From Streptococcus sanguinis (GTDB taxonomy: Bacteria > Bacillota > Bacilli > Lactobacillales > Streptococcaceae): a stretch of 56,881 nt of DNA. Below the pieces are notes generated by a model. It did not search any database and had not been told where the DNA came from. It was given only the letters and a program-made list of their open reading frames with translations. A program made the translations under genes and the position numbers. Below, one piece after another: positions 19,821 to 30,478 of this stretch; positions within the stretch are counted from its first letter, which is position 1, and each line of letters begins with the position of its first letter. The DNA is taken from NCBI GenBank assembly GCA_015264985.1, contig JABZYU010000001.1, forward strand, positions 1 to 56,881, read 5' to 3'.

Positions 19821-21089
19821 ATGCCAGAAAACCTCGCCCTGCGCATGCGGCCGACCGACATTGATCAGATCATCGGCCAGCAACATCTGGTCGGACCTGG
19901 AAAAATCATCCGTCGCATGGTTGAAGCCAACCGCCTGTCCTCGATGATTCTCTACGGACCACCCGGCATTGGCAAAACCTCTATCGCCTCGGCTATCGCC
20001 GGCACAACTAAATATGCTTTCCGGACCTTTAATGCCACCGTAGATAGCAAGAAGCGCCTGCAAGAAATCGCCGAGGAAGCTAAATTTTCCGGCGGACTGG
20101 TGCTCCTACTTGACGAGATTCACCGTTTGGACAAGACCAAGCAAGACTTTCTTCTACCGCTATTAGAAAGCGGTCTAGTCATCATGATTGGAGCGACGAC
20201 AGAAAATCCTTTCTTTTCTGTCACTCCTGCTATCCGAAGTCGGGTTCAGATATTTGAGCTAGAGCCCCTCAGCAACGATGACATCCGGACAGCCATTCAG
20301 CTAGCCTTGAAGGATAAGGAACGAGGATTTGATTTTCCAGTGGAGCTAGACGATGATGCTCTAGACTTTATTGGCATCTCTACCAACGGAGACCTGCGCT
20401 CTGCTTATAATTCACTGGATTTAGCCGTACTCTCTACCCCAGAAGATGACAAGGGCATCCGCCATATCACACTTGATGTCATGGAAAACAGCCTGCAAAA
20501 GAGCTATATCACCATGGATAAGGACGGGGACGGCCATTACGATGTCCTCTCTGCCCTACAGAAGTCCATCCGTGGCTCTGATGTCAATGCCAGCCTCCAC
20601 TACGCAGCTCGCCTCGTTGAGGCAGGAGACCTCCCTAGCCTAGCTAGACGCTTGACCGTTATCGCTTACGAAGATATTGGCCTGGCAAATCCAGACGCTC
20701 AAGTCCATACCGTTACAGCTCTGGAAGCTGCCCAGCGGATTGGCTTTCCTGAAGCCCGTATCCTTATTGCCAATATTGTTATTGATCTGGCTCTATCGCC
20801 CAAGTCCAACTCAGCCTATCTGGCCATGGACAAGGCTTTAGCTGACCTAAGAAAGAATGGAAACCTCCCCATTCCCCGCCACTTACGAGACGGCCACTAT
20901 GCCGGCAGCAAGGAACTGGGCAACGCACAGGACTATCTCTACCCTCACTCCTATCCTGGCAATTGGGTCAAGCAGGACTATCTGCCTGACAAGATAAAAG
21001 ATGCCAATTACTTCACGCCTAATGAGAATGGCAAATACGAGCGAGCCCTTGGAATGACTAAGGATAAGATTGATGACTTAAAAAAATGA
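19821..21089 (+). CDS. rarA: Replication-associated recombination protein A (MgsA/RarA AAA+ ATPase)
   Basis: [34 protein letters not shown] motifs. Confidence 0.95.
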   Translation: MPENLALRMRPTDIDQIIGQQHLVGPGKIIRRMVEANRLSSMILYGPPGIGKTSIASAIAGTTKYAFRTFNATVDSKKRLQEIAEEAKFSGGLVLLLDEIHRLDKTKQDFLLPLLESGLVIMIGATTENPFFSVTPAIRSRVQIFELEPLSNDDIRTAIQLALKDKERGFDFPVELDDDALDFIGISTNGDLRSAYNSLDLAVLSTPEDDKGIRHITLDVMENSLQKSYITMDKDGDGHYDVLSALQKSIRGSDVNASLHYAARLVEAGDLPSLARRLTVIAYEDIGLANPDAQVHTVTALEAAQRIGFPEARILIANIVIDLALSPKSNSAYLAMDKALADLRKNGNLPIPRHLRDGHYAGSKELGNAQDYLYPHSYPGNWVKQDYLPDKIKDANYFTPNENGKYERALGMTKDKIDDLKK

Positions 21090-21156
21090 TGACATCGTTT
21101 GCAAAAAATCACATTTTTCTCTTGAATTTTTCAAAATTTATGGTATTATAATTATA

Positions 21157-21349
21157 GAAACGCTGTGGTGTACGACTTCACACTTAAGTGTTGACCGACT
21201 ATTTTTTGTATTATTAGGGAAACAAAAGACTTCTAACAGCATGCAAGCCGTGTCACGCGGAAGCAGCTTCAGTTAGAGCGAGTTGCCCACCTGCTTAATT
21301 GCGCGGGTTCAATACAAATCGTGAAGGTCCGGCACCAATACAGCTTTTT
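21157..21349 (+). ncRNA. ssrS: 6S RNA
   Basis: GCTGTGGTG 5' end pairing with CACCAATACAGC 3' end, ~190 nt, own promoter at 21122-21152, conserved rarA-6S-tRNA-Lys context; ends approximate. Confidence 0.85.
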
Positions 21350-21354
21350 CTATT

Positions 21355-21427
21355 GCCTCCTTAGCTCAGCTGGCAGAGCAGCGGACTCTTAATCCGTGGG
21401 TCGCAGGTTCGATCCCTGCAGGGGGCA
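21355..21427 (+). tRNA. tRNA-Lys (anticodon CUU)
   Basis: Cloverleaf GCCTCCT/GGGGGC acceptor, TAGCTCAG D-arm, GCGGA-CTCTTAA-TCCGT anticodon arm, GGTTCGATCC T-loop; CCA not encoded. Confidence 0.95.
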
Positions 21428-21429
21428 TC

Positions 21430-22188
21430 TAAATCATAACCACCCGTCTAACGGGTGGTTTGTTCCAGGGCTATAAGCCCACATTACCAGCCAGCGCCTA
21501 AAGACGCTGGCTTTCACTTTGTTCAAGCCTCATTGCTCTTGACTCGTAACAAACCTCTCAAAGAGGTGTTTGCATTACTTGCCACTATCCCTAAAGGGAT
21601 CCTCATATTCTTTTTCACTCAATTTATCCAACGCTATATCATGCTTTTCCTGCTCTTGGATATATTTCTTAATTGTGGCTTCATTAAGTCCTACTGTACT
21701 CACGTAATAGCCTTCCGCCCAAAAATGTCGGTTCCCAAACTTATATTTTAGATTGGCGTGCTTATCAAACATCATGAGAGCACTTTTACCTTTTAAATAC
21801 CCCATAAAACTAGAAACACTTATCCTCGGTAGAATACTTACCAACATATGTACATGATCTGGCATTAAGTGACCCTCAATAATTTCAACACCTTTATAAC
21901 TACATAATCGGTGGAATATTTCACCCAAACTGTTTCGATATTGATTATAGATGACTTTTCGTCTATACTTAGGTGTAAACACACTGTGATATTTACACAT
22001 CCACTTTGGGTGTGATAAACTATGTGCCTTTTGCGCCATATTTTTCTCCTTTCGCTTCACAATTGGCTTGAACACCTTTATTGTATCGCGTTTGGAGTTT
22101 TTTTTGGTATAACCTTCGATGCGCACCCGCATAGCGGGTGGTTTATTTGTCTCGCACCTTACGGAGCGAGACAGACTGAAAGTCACAA
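21430..22188 (-). mobile_element. IS200/IS605-family element (IS200 group, tnpA only)
   Basis: Subterminal hairpins AACCACCCGT-CTA-ACGGGTGGTT (21438-21460) and CACCCGC-ATA-GCGGGTG (22124-22140) around a Y1 transposase; ends approximate. Confidence 0.88.
21575..22039 (-). CDS. tnpA: IS200 Y1 HUH transposase
   Basis: DHVHML HUH motif, YLKGKS, FWAEGYY, YIQEQ catalytic Tyr; AGGAGA RBS before ATG 22039. Confidence 0.92.
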   Translation of the reverse strand: MAQKAHSLSHPKWMCKYHSVFTPKYRRKVIYNQYRNSLGEIFHRLCSYKGVEIIEGHLMPDHVHMLVSILPRISVSSFMGYLKGKSALMMFDKHANLKYKFGNRHFWAEGYYVSTVGLNEATIKKYIQEQEKHDIALDKLSEKEYEDPFRDSGK

Positions 22189-22192
22189 CAAC

Positions 22193-22226
22193 AGAAAAAA
22201 AGCCTTGAAATCAAGGCTTTTTTTCT
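22193..22226. terminator. Bidirectional terminator (probable original 6S/tRNA terminator)
   Basis: AGAAAAAAAGCCTTGA-AA-TCAAGGCTTTTTTTCT perfect inverted repeat. Confidence 0.8.
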
Positions 22227-22284
22227 TATTTAATTTCGCTTTTTTCAGCTCAATCATCTCCTTAAATTCAAAGTAGATTTTCAA

Positions 22285-22567
22285 CACAAAAATAGCCCCT
22301 TCCTTTAGATACAAGAAAGGAGGGGCATCGCATAGAAAAAACTACGAGAGAAGACTGAAGCAAAATATGTTTGACGAAAACTTGATAAAGATGGTTACAC
22401 ACCGAGCATATTCCTAAGGATGTCTTATAATTTTTTTGGTTTAGGAATTAAGAAAGATTATATATATCAAGTTTTGATATGCCTCACGCTTGCATATCCA
22501 AGCGGCTTTCCCCGTAGTTCTGAGCAACTAATTTGTTCTAGGAAACATCTTAGTTGCTTTTTATTTT
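22285..22567. ncRNA. Candidate structured non-coding RNA (family unknown)
   Basis: Nested inverted repeats 22340-46/22513-19, 22377-87/22465-75, 22410-17/22441-48 plus terminal hairpins; no convincing ORF. Confidence 0.5.
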
Positions 22568-22694
22568 AAAACAACTATGTTACGGAACATCACAGTCTGG
22601 ATTAACAAAAGGATACAAGATAGTGACTGATTGTAAAAAAACATTCTTATTTCTGCTTTCTAAAAAGCGACCACTGCTAATCCGGGTTTGGAGT

Positions 22695-22726
22695 AAAAAA
22701 TCTCTGTCCCTCAAAGGAACAGAGAT
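22695..22726 (-). terminator. Terminator after the adhesin gene
   Basis: ATCTCTGTTCC-TTTGA-GGGACAGAGAT-TTTTT on the minus strand. Confidence 0.75.
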
Positions 22727-22731
22727 GAAAT

Positions 22732-24585
22732 TTATTTCTTCTTAGCACGGAAGACAATGAAGCCTACCAAGCCTACTAGAGCTACTCCAGCAGCAATCAT
22801 GATCCAGCTAGCATTCTCACCCGCTTTAGGGAGAACTTTCTTGGTTCCAACATTAGAGGCATTTCCTCCGCCAGTACCATTGTCTGATTCGATGATCACA
22901 ACAGTGCTTCCTGTAGTGCTGCTTGAGCTAGAAGTCGTGCTACTGCTACTTGAGGTAGAGCTAGAACTACTACTGCTGCTCTTAGAGCTATTGTCCGAGC
23001 TAGGTTTCGGCGGTTGCGGAACTCCTGGAACTGGTGTATTGGTAATGTTCATACCATCAACAGTAGCTGTATAACCATAAACACGGTCTTCAGTAACTGA
23101 GTAGACAATATCTTTTCCATCTTCACCAGTCGCTGGCAAGTCAGTGAACTCATACTTCCACTCACCCTTATCATTCGGACCAACTTCTTTATGAGCAACT
23201 TCAGTGCCATTTGCATAGAGACGAACGGTAATCTTGTCTGGGCGTTTGCCATCTTTATCGTTATCATCATTCCAAGTCTTGGTACCTGAAGCAGTAATCA
23301 ATGCCTTACGGTTGGTAAAGTCTTTGTAAATAATACCAGAACCATAATTCTTGAGCTGAGCCGCATTGACCTGAATCTCTTCATCTGACAGTTGGTAACC
23401 TTCTGGTGCCTTGGTTTCCTTAATCAGATAATGTTCCTTAATCAAGTTGCTGAAAGAAGCAATTCCATTAGCATCACTGGTTGCTTTTTGAACAATTGTC
23501 ACACCATCTTCATCGTACAATGTGAATTCAGCACCTGCTAGGGCTTTACCAGCTTCATCTTTCTTAGTCACCTGCACACCATAGACATCTCCATGTGCAT
23601 AGCCGTTTGCACGTTGGTAGCGGACAGCAACCGAAGATTTTTGTTCTTCGATATTATCTGCTCGCATGATTGCTTCGTTCGGGAAGAGTGTTCCATCAGT
23701 CGGAACTGTAGGGAAGTTGACACGATAGCGAACATAGAAGCCTTCGTTGGCACCGATATGCCCCATGTTAATGGTAAAGGAACGCTTGTCAGCAGCAAGA
23801 TTAATCGTATAATTTGCTGTCACATCCTCGCGTTGCTGGCTTAGTCGGTAAGAGTTATCAGCTGGATCAACAACCCATGAACCTTTAAGGATTTGGAAGC
23901 TGTTGAGATCAATTTCTCCGGTATTAAAGCCTAGAGTATCTGAAATAACAACATTATCCAGTTCTTGATTTTGTTGGTTGATATTTAGACTGTAAGTAAT
24001 GCTCTTGATATTATCCGCATTATTCCAGCCGTATTTTATGAAAGTATAAGGAGTTGCTTGGCCAGGAAGACCTTTGTAGTCAATTTTTCCATATTCAACA
24101 ATCTTCTTGCCAACGATAAGTTTCAGAGGAATAGAGCCTTTATCTCTAGCTACTGTATGATCAACCCGAGCTAAAAGATGAACCTTTCCTTCAATATGAG
24201 AGCGAGTCAGGACATAGTCTGTATAAGTCAGCGTAAGCTGTTTAGAGCTTGCATCAACAACAGCTGTCGCTACGAGATTGCCGTCATCATCTTTGACTTC
24301 AAAATCAGCTCCCTCCAAGGCAAATTCAGCAGGAAGTCCAATGGTCGTAGTATCTCCTGGCTGAACCTTGCCATAATTAAAGGCAAAGTTTGCGTCAATT
24401 TGGAATTTTTCCCAAGGGGAAAGGCCGTCAGTCAGTTCTTCACCCTTTTGATTGTAAACATTTACTGACGTGATAACATCGTCTACCGTGTTAGCTCTGG
24501 CAGATTGACTGCTAGAAAACAGGCTAAAGAGGAGCACAAAGGCTACTGAGAAAAAGCGCGCAATAGTATGAGATATTCTTTTCAT
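22732..24585 (-). CDS. Sortase-anchored collagen-binding/Cna-type adhesin (Ig-like, SpaA-type and Cna-B domains)
   Basis: Signal peptide; LAGAEFTL and KETKAPEGY E-box; KTWNDDNDKDGKRP Cna-B repeat; LPKAG, TM, basic tail; ATG 24585 after GGAGGG. Confidence 0.85.
   Translation of the reverse strand: MKRISHTIARFFSVAFVLLFSLFSSSQSARANTVDDVITSVNVYNQKGEELTDGLSPWEKFQIDANFAFNYGKVQPGDTTTIGLPAEFALEGADFEVKDDDGNLVATAVVDASSKQLTLTYTDYVLTRSHIEGKVHLLARVDHTVARDKGSIPLKLIVGKKIVEYGKIDYKGLPGQATPYTFIKYGWNNADNIKSITYSLNINQQNQELDNVVISDTLGFNTGEIDLNSFQILKGSWVVDPADNSYRLSQQREDVTANYTINLAADKRSFTINMGHIGANEGFYVRYRVNFPTVPTDGTLFPNEAIMRADNIEEQKSSVAVRYQRANGYAHGDVYGVQVTKKDEAGKALAGAEFTLYDEDGVTIVQKATSDANGIASFSNLIKEHYLIKETKAPEGYQLSDEEIQVNAAQLKNYGSGIIYKDFTNRKALITASGTKTWNDDNDKDGKRPDKITVRLYANGTEVAHKEVGPNDKGEWKYEFTDLPATGEDGKDIVYSVTEDRVYGYTATVDGMNITNTPVPGVPQPPKPSSDNSSKSSSSSSSSTSSSSSTTSSSSSTTGSTVVIIESDNGTGGGNASNVGTKKVLPKAGENASWIMIAAGVALVGLVGFIVFRAKKK
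22915..23000 (-). repeat. Low-complexity Ser/Thr-rich linker
   Basis: Encodes SSKSSSSSSSSTSSSSSTTSSSSSTT. Confidence 0.8.
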
Positions 24586-25051
24586 AAATAATCCCTCCGT
24601 TTTTTTCCTTTTTTCCTTTTTATCGAACATGTAAAAATATTAAAATTCCTTTACATTTCCAATATACTACATATATTAGACTAGCATACGATTGACTATA
24701 AGTCAACTATTTACCTTTACCAGTTCAGCTTTTGTCGACAATGTGTAAACCAGTTTATTTCTCCAAAAACCTTGTTATATAAGAATTGAAAACCATTTCC
24801 TCCGTCATCTCCTTGTATTTTCTTGAAACAAAAATGTAATATTTGGCCGCATAATAAATGAACAAATATGAATTATATGACCATAAATATTCATATATAT
24901 AAATTTGTTTTTAAAAATAAGCATAATTATTAAGGCTTGCTACATAACTAGTCACAATAAAAAAACCGAACAAATCTGCTCAGTTTTCTAATTGATTAAT
25001 ATAAGACAAAGATTATACCTAATTTATACGAATATATAATCCCGTTATTTT

Positions 25052-26979
<1,928 letters not shown>

Positions 26980-27003
26980 GATTTTCCTCCAAAGATTGAA
27001 TTT

Positions 27004-27030
27004 TTAGCACTCTAAACTATCGAGTGCTAA
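27004..27030. promoter_or_regulatory. CIRCE element (HrcA operator)
   Basis: Perfect TTAGCACTC-N9-GAGTGCTAA. Confidence 0.97.
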
Positions 27031-27042
27031 TCTATAGTTATT

Positions 27043-27071
27043 ATTTTATCACTTGGTCAGAAATAGTCAAG
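27043..27071 (-). promoter_or_regulatory. groESL promoter overlapped by CtsR heptad repeat
   Basis: TTGACT-N16-TAAAAT with TG extension; GGTCAGA-AAT-AGTCAAG at 27055-27071 resembles the CtsR box. Confidence 0.8.
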
Positions 27072-27186
27072 AAAAAAACCGGCTAGATGAAAGAAAAATT
27101 TTATTTTTTCTTCACTTGGTCCTAAACTCAAAGAAAAAAACAAGTCCGAGCTAAAATCCTCTCAGACTTGTCTTTAGGGGGAATGT

Positions 27187-27477
27187 CTATCTTGCAAGTT
27201 TTAGTTTTGCTTCAAAATCATTAATCACTTTTTGCAGATTTAGGCGTCCTCTATAGATGCCATAGCCAAACAAAAGCATGGCTAAGATACCCAGTAGAGC
27301 TAGGACGATTCCTGCAATCAGTGCTAGGAGATTGGTCTCATGAAAGAGATAAATCAGAACAAGACCGATGCTGGCAATGGCAAAGAAGAGACTGAACCAG
27401 CGTCCTAGATTTTCAATCATATGCTTCTGGTAGTGAATTTCTGTTTCATAGCCTTGAATCAATTCTTGTTCTGTCAT
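27187..27477 (-). CDS. Small two-helix membrane protein at the end of the lev PTS operon (LevX-like)
   Basis: Two hydrophobic segments; position after EIID as in the S. mutans lev operon. Confidence 0.65.
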   Translation of the reverse strand: MTEQELIQGYETEIHYQKHMIENLGRWFSLFFAIASIGLVLIYLFHETNLLALIAGIVLALLGILAMLLFGYGIYRGRLNLQKVINDFEAKLKLAR

Positions 27478-27571
27478 GATCTTCTCCGTTCTTTCTTTTA
27501 CTCTGCTCAAAAAAATTTGTATTAGACTAGCTGCAAATCGGACTTACTGCCAGCCTAAAATTGAGCGAGAA

Positions 27572-28408
27572 TTAGTATTTAAGTTGAGGGTCAAAGATGC
27601 CAAGCGCTACACCAATCAAAGCAATGACAACCAAGAGGAGCATAACAAGGTTTGGTGATACCTTTTTCTTAGCCATCAGCCACCAGCAAAGAGTGATAAA
27701 GCCAGCTGTTAAGAGCCCTGGATAAACACCGTCAATCTTTTCTTGCAGCTTCAGGAAGGCTTCGCCATCAGCATTTTTCAGCTCTAATGAAGTCGTTACA
27801 GAGACCCAAGTTGCAGCAACTGCCCCGATAACCATACCACCAATGACACTGATTGCCTTACGAAGCGCCTGTCCTTTAGGTCCTACAAGGAACTCTACCG
27901 CCTTGTCCCCTAATTCATAGCCTTTGAAGTAGGCAAAGCGCATACCGCCATAGATGAGAACATTCCAGACAAGGATGTAGAAGAGAGCGCCGATAGGATT
28001 TCCACCTTTAGAGAGGCCAAGGGCAATCCCCAGCAGAACTGGAATCAAAGTTCCAACCACCAAAGAATCACCGATACCCGCGATAGGTCCCATGAGACCG
28101 GCACGCATACCATTGATAGTTTCGCCGTCAACAGCGTCACCATTGGCACGCGCTTCTTCCAAACCAGCTGTAATCCCCACTACCAAAGCCCCGAGCTGAG
28201 GTTCTGTATTGAAGAAAGCTGTATAGGTCTGCATAGCTTCTTTCTGCTCTACTTTGTCTTTGTAGAGTTCTTCCACGATTGGCAGCATAGAGGTCAAGTA
28301 GCCGAAAGTCTGCATGTGCTCTTGAGAGAAGCAAGTCAAATGACCATAGTACCAATGGTGGAATGATTTCGCTAAAGTCTTTTTAGTTATTTTCTTTCTT
28401 TCAGCCAT
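27572..28408 (-). CDS. levG: Mannose-family PTS EIID
   Basis: FFNTEP and GLMGPIAGIGDS motifs. Confidence 0.85.
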   Translation of the reverse strand: MAERKKITKKTLAKSFHHWYYGHLTCFSQEHMQTFGYLTSMLPIVEELYKDKVEQKEAMQTYTAFFNTEPQLGALVVGITAGLEEARANGDAVDGETINGMRAGLMGPIAGIGDSLVVGTLIPVLLGIALGLSKGGNPIGALFYILVWNVLIYGGMRFAYFKGYELGDKAVEFLVGPKGQALRKAISVIGGMVIGAVAATWVSVTTSLELKNADGEAFLKLQEKIDGVYPGLLTAGFITLCWWLMAKKKVSPNLVMLLLVVIALIGVALGIFDPQLKY

Positions 28409-28409
28409 C

Positions 28410-29255
28410 TTAGATATCCTCCTCATCGTCATCAAAGTCAGTTCCACCAGCCGGCGCGGTTACTCGAGCTGATTTGATTACTTCCAATTCATAGTAAATT
28501 ACTGCAAAAATCAATGAAACAACTGCACTGGCAACCAAATTAAGACCAAGTGACTTAGCCAAGGTGAAGCCCACAAAGAATGGGATAAAGTCAGCAGCCT
28601 TGGTAACGATTTGTTTCAAGAGAATGGCAATACCGACACATGGGAGAAGAGCTCCGACTGTAAAGAGGGATTTCATGATGAAGCCATCCATTGGCAGGTG
28701 GGTTTTCATCAGTTCAACCATATTCGGACCAAACTTCGTGATGATCATGGTTGGAAGGAAAGAGAAGACAAAGTGGGAAATCCAAGGATAGACCCAGTCA
28801 ACAGCGTAAAGCTTTTTGAATTCGCCTTTTTCAACAGCTTTCCAACCAATATGCTGCCAAAGCAAGTTTGTAGTTGCTGTTCCATAGAAGAGAACTGTAC
28901 CGATAGTACCAACTGCTGCTCCGATTGGTGCAGCTGCTGCAGCGATAGCAGATTCAGAGGTGATGCCTTTAGAGTGAACAAACAAGATTGCGAGAGGAAT
29001 CCCAATGTAGGAGATCGCCCGCACGTCAGCGGAAACTGTACCACCTGGCGTTACCAGAGCGATATAGAGGACCTGAAGGGCTACCCCAACCATAATCCCT
29101 GTTTTTAAATCTCCAAGAATTAACCCGCTAATCAAACCTCCGACCAGAGGACGTCCCAGAGTGTAGTTACCAATACTAGAACCACCCATACCAGGCATAG
29201 AAGCTAAACTAGCAAAAAGACCCAGTAAAGCGGCTTGCAGCCAAGAAATTGTCAT
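28410..29255 (-). CDS. levF: Mannose-family PTS EIIC
   Basis: RPLVGG...GLILGD and LLPCVGIAILL; multi-pass hydrophobic. Confidence 0.85.
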   Translation of the reverse strand: MTISWLQAALLGLFASLASMPGMGGSSIGNYTLGRPLVGGLISGLILGDLKTGIMVGVALQVLYIALVTPGGTVSADVRAISYIGIPLAILFVHSKGITSESAIAAAAAPIGAAVGTIGTVLFYGTATTNLLWQHIGWKAVEKGEFKKLYAVDWVYPWISHFVFSFLPTMIITKFGPNMVELMKTHLPMDGFIMKSLFTVGALLPCVGIAILLKQIVTKAADFIPFFVGFTLAKSLGLNLVASAVVSLIFAVIYYELEVIKSARVTAPAGGTDFDDDEEDI

Positions 29256-29282
29256 AATAGACTCTCCTTTTCATTATTGTAA

Positions 29283-29777
29283 TTAAAAACCAAATTTAGA
29301 CTTGAAATCGCTCCAGTAACCGATGGAAACATCTGGTAAAAGCTGGAATTTGACTTTGTAACCAGCTTTTTCAATCGCCTCAATCGCTTCTGCTTCTTCT
29401 TGTGTGATGGACTGGTTGTTACCCAGCTTAACAGCTCCCGGACGGTCATTAGCAGGACCGATGATGATTTCCTTAACATCCCCAGGTACAAAACCTTGGT
29501 CCACTAGGATTTCCTTCATGTCTACAGGATTTTTCGTAATGAGGAAATAACGGCTGTCTGACTCTGTGACCTTGCCTGATTTTTCCTTGAAGGCTTCCTT
29601 GGTCCAAACAAAAGTCTTCTTATCAGAAGCTCCCTTGTAGGCCTGAATCAAAACCTTGTTTCCTGCTGCAGCATTATTAACTGCAATCAAGCCATCACAA
29701 GGGTATTCCTTAGCCCAGCGAGTGACTGTTTGACCGTGGATCATGCGGTCGTCAATCCGTACAAATGATACTGTCAT
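29283..29777 (-). CDS. levE: Mannose-family PTS EIIB
   Basis: RIDDRMIHGQ phospho-His motif. Confidence 0.88.
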   Translation of the reverse strand: MTVSFVRIDDRMIHGQTVTRWAKEYPCDGLIAVNNAAAGNKVLIQAYKGASDKKTFVWTKEAFKEKSGKVTESDSRYFLITKNPVDMKEILVDQGFVPGDVKEIIIGPANDRPGAVKLGNNQSITQEEAEAIEAIEKAGYKVKFQLLPDVSIGYWSDFKSKFGF

Positions 29778-29820
29778 CTTTAAAATCTCCTTTTATCTTT
29801 TATAATGTATAGCGGAAGCA

Positions 29821-30258
29821 CTAAATGTCGTCTTCATCTTCGTCAGCTACATCGCTTACGACTTCAAATTCCTGCAAAGCAGCTGTGGCCTCGGAAAGGA
29901 TGGCCTGAGCCAGCTCTTTTCCGTCCAAGATGTCTTTCATAACCAAGCCAGTCAGTCCCATGGTCAGGTTCAAACCGCCCAAGATAACTGCTGAGTCAAG
30001 CTTACCCATGTCAGCTAAGACGCTAGCTGCTGTCGTCAGAGGACTGCCTCCTACAATATCAGCCAGAACTAAGACACTGTCATCAGCGCTTAAGCCAGAT
30101 AAGGCCTGAGTAAAATCAACTGCAAAATCATCAACTGACTTGCCTTCCTGAAGACCGACTGCAATCACCTGATCCGTCTTGTCTCCGGCAAACATCTTCA
30201 AGGAACTCTGCACGCCTGCAGCCAGTCCCCCATGGCTGACCAGTACAAGGTATTTCAT
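29821..30258 (-). CDS. levD: Mannose-family PTS EIIA
   Basis: LVSHG, LADIVGGSP, GGLNL motifs. Confidence 0.88.
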   Translation of the reverse strand: MKYLVLVSHGGLAAGVQSSLKMFAGDKTDQVIAVGLQEGKSVDDFAVDFTQALSGLSADDSVLVLADIVGGSPLTTAASVLADMGKLDSAVILGGLNLTMGLTGLVMKDILDGKELAQAILSEATAALQEFEVVSDVADEDEDDI

Positions 30259-30346
30259 CTTTCCTGCCTCCTTTATCCTTCGACTTCTTAGCCAAGTCAG
30301 GCTTTAGATGACGAAGGATTTATTGATGATTTTATTGTACAGAATA

Positions 30347-30360
30347 TGGAACCGGTTTCA
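30347..30360 (-). promoter_or_regulatory. cre site (CcpA) in the levD promoter
   Basis: TGAAACCGGTTCCA just upstream of -10 TACAAT (30334-30339). Confidence 0.8.
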
Positions 30361-30362
30361 TA

Positions 30363-30423
30363 TTGTCAAATGTCACTTTGCCCAGATGACATTTGTTAGG
30401 AAAAATATGACAATTGTCATATT
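30363..30423. promoter_or_regulatory. Candidate LevR (NarL-type) binding array
   Basis: Perfect 20-bp palindrome AATATGACAATTGTCATATT (30404-30423) plus CAAATGTCA/TGACATTTG inverted pair (30367-30395). Confidence 0.65.
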
Positions 30424-30478
30424 GGTCTAGTCAGCTCTGCTTTTTTCTGACTTAATTGGCAATAAAAAAGAAAGCAGA

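Noticed and set aside
22367..22417. 16-codon ORF MFDENLIKMVTHRAYS inside the structured element
   Set aside because: No RBS and no peptide features; cannot be supported
22498..22522. AGAACTACGGGGAAAGCCGCTTGG (minus) resembling TnpB omega-RNA segments near the IS200
   Set aside because: No tnpB, lies outside the IS ends, and lacks the expected flanking hairpin and terminal motif
25027..25034. Perfect combox TACGAATA on the plus strand pointing antisense into groEL
   Set aside because: An AT-rich 8-mer is expected by chance in 57 kb; no clear upstream T-tract and no downstream gene
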